Shown here piece after piece: positions 59,650 through 64,000 of a stretch of DNA of 64,000 bases (positions are counted from its first letter, which is position 1; the number at the start of each line of letters is the position of its first letter). The notes beneath the pieces are model-generated. The model was not told the DNA's origin and searched no databases. It saw nothing but the letters and a program-made list of their open reading frames with translations. This stretch comes from Squalus acanthias (Eukaryota), in contig CM059431.1 in the NCBI GenBank assembly GCA_030390025.1, positions 97,404,001 through 97,468,000 on the forward strand, read 5' to 3'. The translations under genes were made by a program, and so were the position numbers.

Positions 59650-60440
59650 TTATTTTCTTTCGGCTTTCTCCACCATATTAAGCAAACGTTTGTACCGTTT
59701 TCTTCTATATCGATTCATTGATTCTGTAAGGAGGTAGATAACGATGACCAACTGTACCATCACTAGGACATGAGATATGATCCTGATCCAGGGGTGAATC
59801 TTGATGTTCATACCAATGTCCCACCAGAATGCGGTGGTTTTTATATTGTTGACTCTTGTTCTGGTTGCCTGAGTGTGTTGCTGTAACTGATAATGTTTTC
59901 TTGATTGATCAATGGCCACTTTAAGCTTCGTTAAATGTTTGGGCAGGGGCGGGATATCATAACCAAACTTAGTAACATATTTGAGCAAGCTGAATCCAAG
60001 CGTATTATTTACAAGCACTTTGGTAGCGACATCATGCTGATATATGTTCACTAACTCTTGCATCCCTATTCTAACTGGTTTAATCGGGGTAAAACTGAAG
60101 TTATGATGATCAATCTGACAAGTGGTATTAGACCCATACTTATATTGAGTTTCACTAGTAGTCACACAATATTCGCCTCCACCTCGATATACTGACTTGG
60201 TGTGGAAAATTTCCACCCCAAGTACCTCCATAGTACAATTAATTGTTTTAGTAAGGTTGAAACCACATAACGATTCATGTTCCTGGACTCTATGAGGGCA
60301 CACTATGGTCTGCCCATGCTTCTTACACCCCTGTAGTTCCGTTCCTACTAAAGTCCCACTGATATTCATGAGATAAGTATGGTGTTAGTTATATTGTATA
60401 TTCATCTCCCCTTGTATTATTCCAATATTTTCTAAGCTGT
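59650..60440 (-). pseudogene. env: C-terminal part of an F-protein-like envelope glycoprotein (lokiretrovirus-type env)
   Basis: Cys-patterned ectodomain with N-glycosylation sequons, heptad segment, TM helix and basic tail. No ISD or CX6CC. Sits directly before the PPT and LTR. Confidence 0.7.
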
Positions 60441-61008
60441 AGGGTTCTCAAAATTCCCACATTCCCCAGAGTTATTAATAAGGGGTGCCCTAGACAAAGT
60501 GGCTTCTAGACCTCGTGGCAGAAGCCTGCGACATTGAACCGAAACCAGGGCCCTGCAAAAACAGCAGGCCAGGTGACATGCCTGGGTCTGTAAGAGAGTT
60601 GCGAAATTCCAGACTCCAAAAGACTCAGAGGAAAAGAGAGAGACCCTAAGAAAAAGGGGCTTTGGACATTTTAAAACCAATTGAGTGTATTGGACCAGGG
60701 ACATTTCAAAACATGCCCGGGCAGATCTCAGTACAGGCTGCCAAAGGAGGCGGGGCTGGCCTCTACAGAGACAATGTTGTATATTACAGGTGGTTGGCCT
60801 GTCTCCAGCCCCATCAAACTGTTTAGCATTTATACAAAGAAGTAAAGGCAACACAAATGAACAACCATCAGACCAGCAATCATCCTCCACTTAACAAATA
60901 TTTAATATCGTTAAAGGCCATCGCCTGCCATTAAAGTTAACTAAAATAACAACAGAAAACGCTGGAAAAACTCAGCAGGCCAGGCAGCATCCGTGGAGAG
61001 AGAAAGAG

Positions 61009-61045
61009 AGTTGACGTTTCAGGTCGATGACCTTTCATCAGAACT
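61009..61045 (-). ncRNA. Minimal type I hammerhead ribozyme
   Basis: AGUU-CUGAUGA-a-AGGUC auc GACCU-GAAA-CG-UC-AACU; GUC cleavage triplet, stems I and II intact. Confidence 0.85.
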
Positions 61046-61311
61046 GGGAAGAGCTGGAAATCAAATAGATTTAAGGCCAGAGTAAAGCTGGGAAAAGGGG
61101 GAGGGGATAAAGGAACAAAAGAGGAGATGAAGAGACATTAAGAGACATTAAGAGCTAGAGGTGGTGTTAATGTGACAGATTAAGGCTGAATGAAGTGTGA
61201 AATCTACTGGCAGAATGAAGGACAGCTGCCAGCTTCTAGGAGGAAAAAAAAGGTGGGGGGGACAAATAAAAGGGTGGATAAAATAAAATATAAATGTGAT
61301 TGGAGCTGAGG

Positions 61312-64000
61312 TTATGATCTAAAATTGTTGAACTCGATATTGAGTCCAGAGGGCTGTAGCGTGCCTAAACGAAAGATGAGGTGCTGTTCCTCGAGCTTAC
61401 GCTGAGCTTCCGTGGAACAGTGTATTAGGCCGAGGACGGTGAGGTCAGAGTGGGAGTGAAGCGGTGAATTAAAGTGACAGGCCACCGGGAGCTCGGGGTC
61501 CCCCTTACGGACTGAACGGAGGTGTTCCGCAAAGCGGTCACCCAATCTGCGTTTGGTCTCCCCAATGTAGAGGAGTCCACATCGTGAGCAGCGAATACAG
61601 TATACTAAATTGCAGGAAGTACAAGTAAATCGCTGTTTCACCTGGAAGGGGTGTTTGGGGCCCTGGACAGTGGGAAGAGGGGAGGTATAAGGGCATGTGT
61701 TGCATCTCCTGCGCGTGCACGGGAAGGTGCCGGGCGAAGGGGAAGGGGTGCTGGGGGTGGTAGAGGAGTGGACTAGGGTGTCGCGGAGGGAGCGGTCCCT
61801 GCGGAATGCTGAAAGGGGAGGTGAGGGGAAGATGTGTTTGGTGGTGGGATCACGCTGGAGGTGGCGGAAATGGCGGAGGATGATCCGTTGAATGTGGAGG
61901 CTGGTGGGGTGAAAGGTGAGGACAAGGGGAACCCTATCGTGGTTCCGGGAGGGAGGGGCAGGGGTGAGGGCAGATGTGCGGGAGATAGAACGGACACGGT
62001 CGAGGGCCGTGTCGACCACGGTAGAGGGGAATCCTCGGTTGAGGAAAAAGGAAGACATGTCGGAAGCACTGGTATGGAAGGTGGCATCATCAGAGCAGAT
62101 GCGGCGGAGACGGAGAAACTGGGAGAATGGAATAGAGTCCTTACAGGAGGCGGGGTGGGAGGAAGTGTAGTCCAGGTAGCTGTGGGAGTCGGTGGGCTTG
62201 TAGTGAATGTTAGTCAATAACCTATCCCCAGAGATGGAGATGGAGAAGTCGAGGAAGGGAAGAGAAGAGTCGGAGATGGACCATGTGAAGGTGAGGGAAG
62301 GGTGGAAATTGGAAGCATAGTGAATGAAATGTTCTAGTTCAGGGCGAGAGCAGGAGACGGCACCGATACAGTCATCAATGTACCGGAAAAAGAGGTGAGG
62401 GAGGGGACCCGAGTAGGACTGGAACAAAGAGTGTTCCACATATCCCACGAAAAGGCAGGCATAGCTAGGACCCATGCGGGTACCCATAGCAACACCTTTA
62501 ATTTGGAGGAAATGGGTAGAGTCAAAGGAGAAGTTGTTCAATGTGAGAACAAGTTCAGCCAGGCGGAGGAGGGTGGTGGTGGATGGGGACTGGTTGGGCC
62601 TCTGTTCAAGGAAGAAGCGGAGCGCCCTCAGGCCATCCTGGTGGGGAATGGAGGTGTAGAGGGATTGTACGTCCATAGTGAAGAGGAGACGGTTGGGGCC
62701 GGGAAACTGGAAACTGTTAAAATGGCGGAGGGCATCGGAAGAGTCGCGGATGTAGGTGGGAAGAGACTGGACAAGGGGAGAAAAAATAGAGTCGAGATAG
62801 GAAGAGATAAGTTCCGTGGGGCAAGAACAGGCTGAAACGATGGGTCTACCGGGGCAGTCCTGTTTGTGGATCTTGGGAAGGAGGTAGAAGCGGGCTGTGC
62901 GGGGTTGGGGAACTATGAGGTTGGCGGCCGTGGGGGGAAGATCTCCAGAGGAGATGAGGTCAGTGACAGTCTTGGACACGGTGGCTTGATGTTCGGTAGT
63001 GGGGTCATGGTCCAGGTGGAGGTAGGAGGAGGTGTCAGAGAGTTGGCGTTCAACTTCCGCTAGGTAGAGGTCGGTTCGCCAAACAACAACAGCGCCACCC
63101 TTGTCAGCAGGTTTAATGACAATGTCAGGGTTGGATCGGAGAGAATGGAGTGCTGCAAGTTCAGAGGGAGGTAGGTTGGAGTGAGTGAGGGGAGCAGAGA
63201 AATTGAGCTGGCCGATGTCACGGCGGCAGTTAGCAATGAAAAGATCAAGAGAGGGTAAGAGGCCAGAGGGAGGGGTCCAGGTGGAACGAGAATTCTGAAA
63301 GCGGGAGAAAGGGTCAGCCGTGCGGGGGGAAGACTCCTGGCCAGAGAAGTGGGCACGGAGACGGAGGCGGCGGAAAAAGAGCTCAGCATCGTGCCGAGCT
63401 CGAAATTCATTGAGATGGGGGCGTAAGGGGATGAAGCTCAGGCCTTTGCTGAGGACTGATCGTTCGGAGTCAGAGAGGGGAAGGTCAGAGGGGATAGTGA
63501 AAACGCGGCAGGGGGTGAGATTGGGAGAAGGGGGGTCAGAGGAAAGTGAAGGGGAAGAAGGTTCCGGAGGGGCTTTAGTGTCCAAGAGTTGTTGAAGCTT
63601 GCGATCCTTGACATCGGAAAGGAAGAAGAAAAGTTTTTTGTTGAAGCGTCGGATGAGTCTAAGGATGAAATGGAACTGTGGACCCGGACAGCTTTGAGAT
63701 AGAGTGCGTCGGTGCTGCTGAAGAGAGATGTCGAGAGTGTTCATGTGGCGCCGCATGGCATTGAGCGTGGATCTCAAGATGCGGCGAGAGCAGTAGTTCG
63801 AGGAACGATGAATATCTTGGAGATATTTGTAATCCTGGGTGGATCCGAAACACGAAGGGTGGAAGTTTAGTTGGAATCCACGTGGGATAAGTCGGAACCG
63901 GAGACAGTTGCTGAGGAAAGTAATGTGGCTGTGAAACCGAGTCTTGGCAGATACCTGATCAAACACGAGAAGGGAAACTGAAATCAATGAAGATGAACAA
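61312..64000 (-). CDS. Penelope RT / GIY-YIG endonuclease, uninterrupted for at least 891 aa
   Basis: KPADKGG, LPKIHK, GRPIVS, DVQSLYT, G.AMG, RYIDD, Cys linker CTRRRCNTC, VYCIRC..YIGET. The true start probably lies outside the window. Confidence 0.95.
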   Translation of the reverse strand, partial: CSSSLISVSLLVFDQVSAKTRFHSHITFLSNCLRFRLIPRGFQLNFHPSCFGSTQDYKYLQDIHRSSNYCSRRILRSTLNAMRRHMNTLDISLQQHRRTLSQSCPGPQFHFILRLIRRFNKKLFFFLSDVKDRKLQQLLDTKAPPEPSSPSLSSDPPSPNLTPCRVFTIPSDLPLSDSERSVLSKGLSFIPLRPHLNEFRARHDAELFFRRLRLRAHFSGQESSPRTADPFSRFQNSRSTWTPPSGLLPSLDLFIANCRRDIGQLNFSAPLTHSNLPPSELAALHSLRSNPDIVIKPADKGGAVVVWRTDLYLAEVERQLSDTSSYLHLDHDPTTEHQATVSKTVTDLISSGDLPPTAANLIVPQPRTARFYLLPKIHKQDCPGRPIVSACSCPTELISSYLDSIFSPLVQSLPTYIRDSSDALRHFNSFQFPGPNRLLFTMDVQSLYTSIPHQDGLRALRFFLEQRPNQSPSTTTLLRLAELVLTLNNFSFDSTHFLQIKGVAMGTRMGPSYACLFVGYVEHSLFQSYSGPLPHLFFRYIDDCIGAVSCSRPELEHFIHYASNFHPSLTFTWSISDSSLPFLDFSISISGDRLLTNIHYKPTDSHSYLDYTSSHPASCKDSIPFSQFLRLRRICSDDATFHTSASDMSSFFLNRGFPSTVVDTALDRVRSISRTSALTPAPPSRNHDRVPLVLTFHPTSLHIQRIILRHFRHLQRDPTTKHIFPSPPLSAFRRDRSLRDTLVHSSTTPSTPSPSPGTFPCTRRRCNTCPYTSPLPTVQGPKHPFQVKQRFTCTSCNLVYCIRCSRCGLLYIGETKRRLGDRFAEHLRSVRKGDPELPVACHFNSPLHSHSDLTVLGLIHCSTEAQRKLEEQHLIFRLGTLQPSGLNIEFNNFRS

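Larger units (their letters stand above)
60947..64000 (-). mobile_element. Penelope-like retroelement (Neptune type), continuing beyond the window
   Basis: RT plus GIY-YIG ORF followed by a pseudo-LTR with a hammerhead. Confidence 0.93.

Noticed and set aside
33068..60490. The env at 59650 being the missing 3' half of the provirus at 33068-40967
   Set aside because: It lies upstream on the minus strand and its LTR shows no internal similarity to the 1.7-kb LTR.

Overview
This is eukaryotic, repeat-saturated DNA with no recognisable host gene. The repeat families look like those of a cartilaginous fish (inference). Left half: the end of a PIF/Harbinger transposon whose spliced Myb/SANT gene is split by a 1.6-kb solo LTR, then a ~30-kb interval of 20-22-bp tandem satellite. 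Inserted in the satellite are a young full-length endogenous retrovirus (8652-17059; tRNA-Ser PBS, -1 frameshift gag-pol, gamma-type env, probable spliced 3' accessory exon), a Penelope fragment with inverted hammerhead-bearing repeats, and an RT-deleted CsRN1-clade Gypsy element. Middle: a 3'-truncated lokiretrovirus-like provirus (33068-40967, minus strand) with a 1.7-kb LTR, a gag ATG overlapping the tRNA-Arg PBS, a coiled-coil Gag, a UGA-CUA readthrough junction and two RNase H domains. Right half: nested L2/CR1/RTE LINE fragments, Harbinger MITEs, a solo LTR, the 3' end of a second lokiretrovirus-like element (F-protein-like env, PPT, LTR), and a Neptune-type Penelope element with an uninterrupted ORF. 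All calls come from reading the sequence and recalling family motifs; no searches were run.
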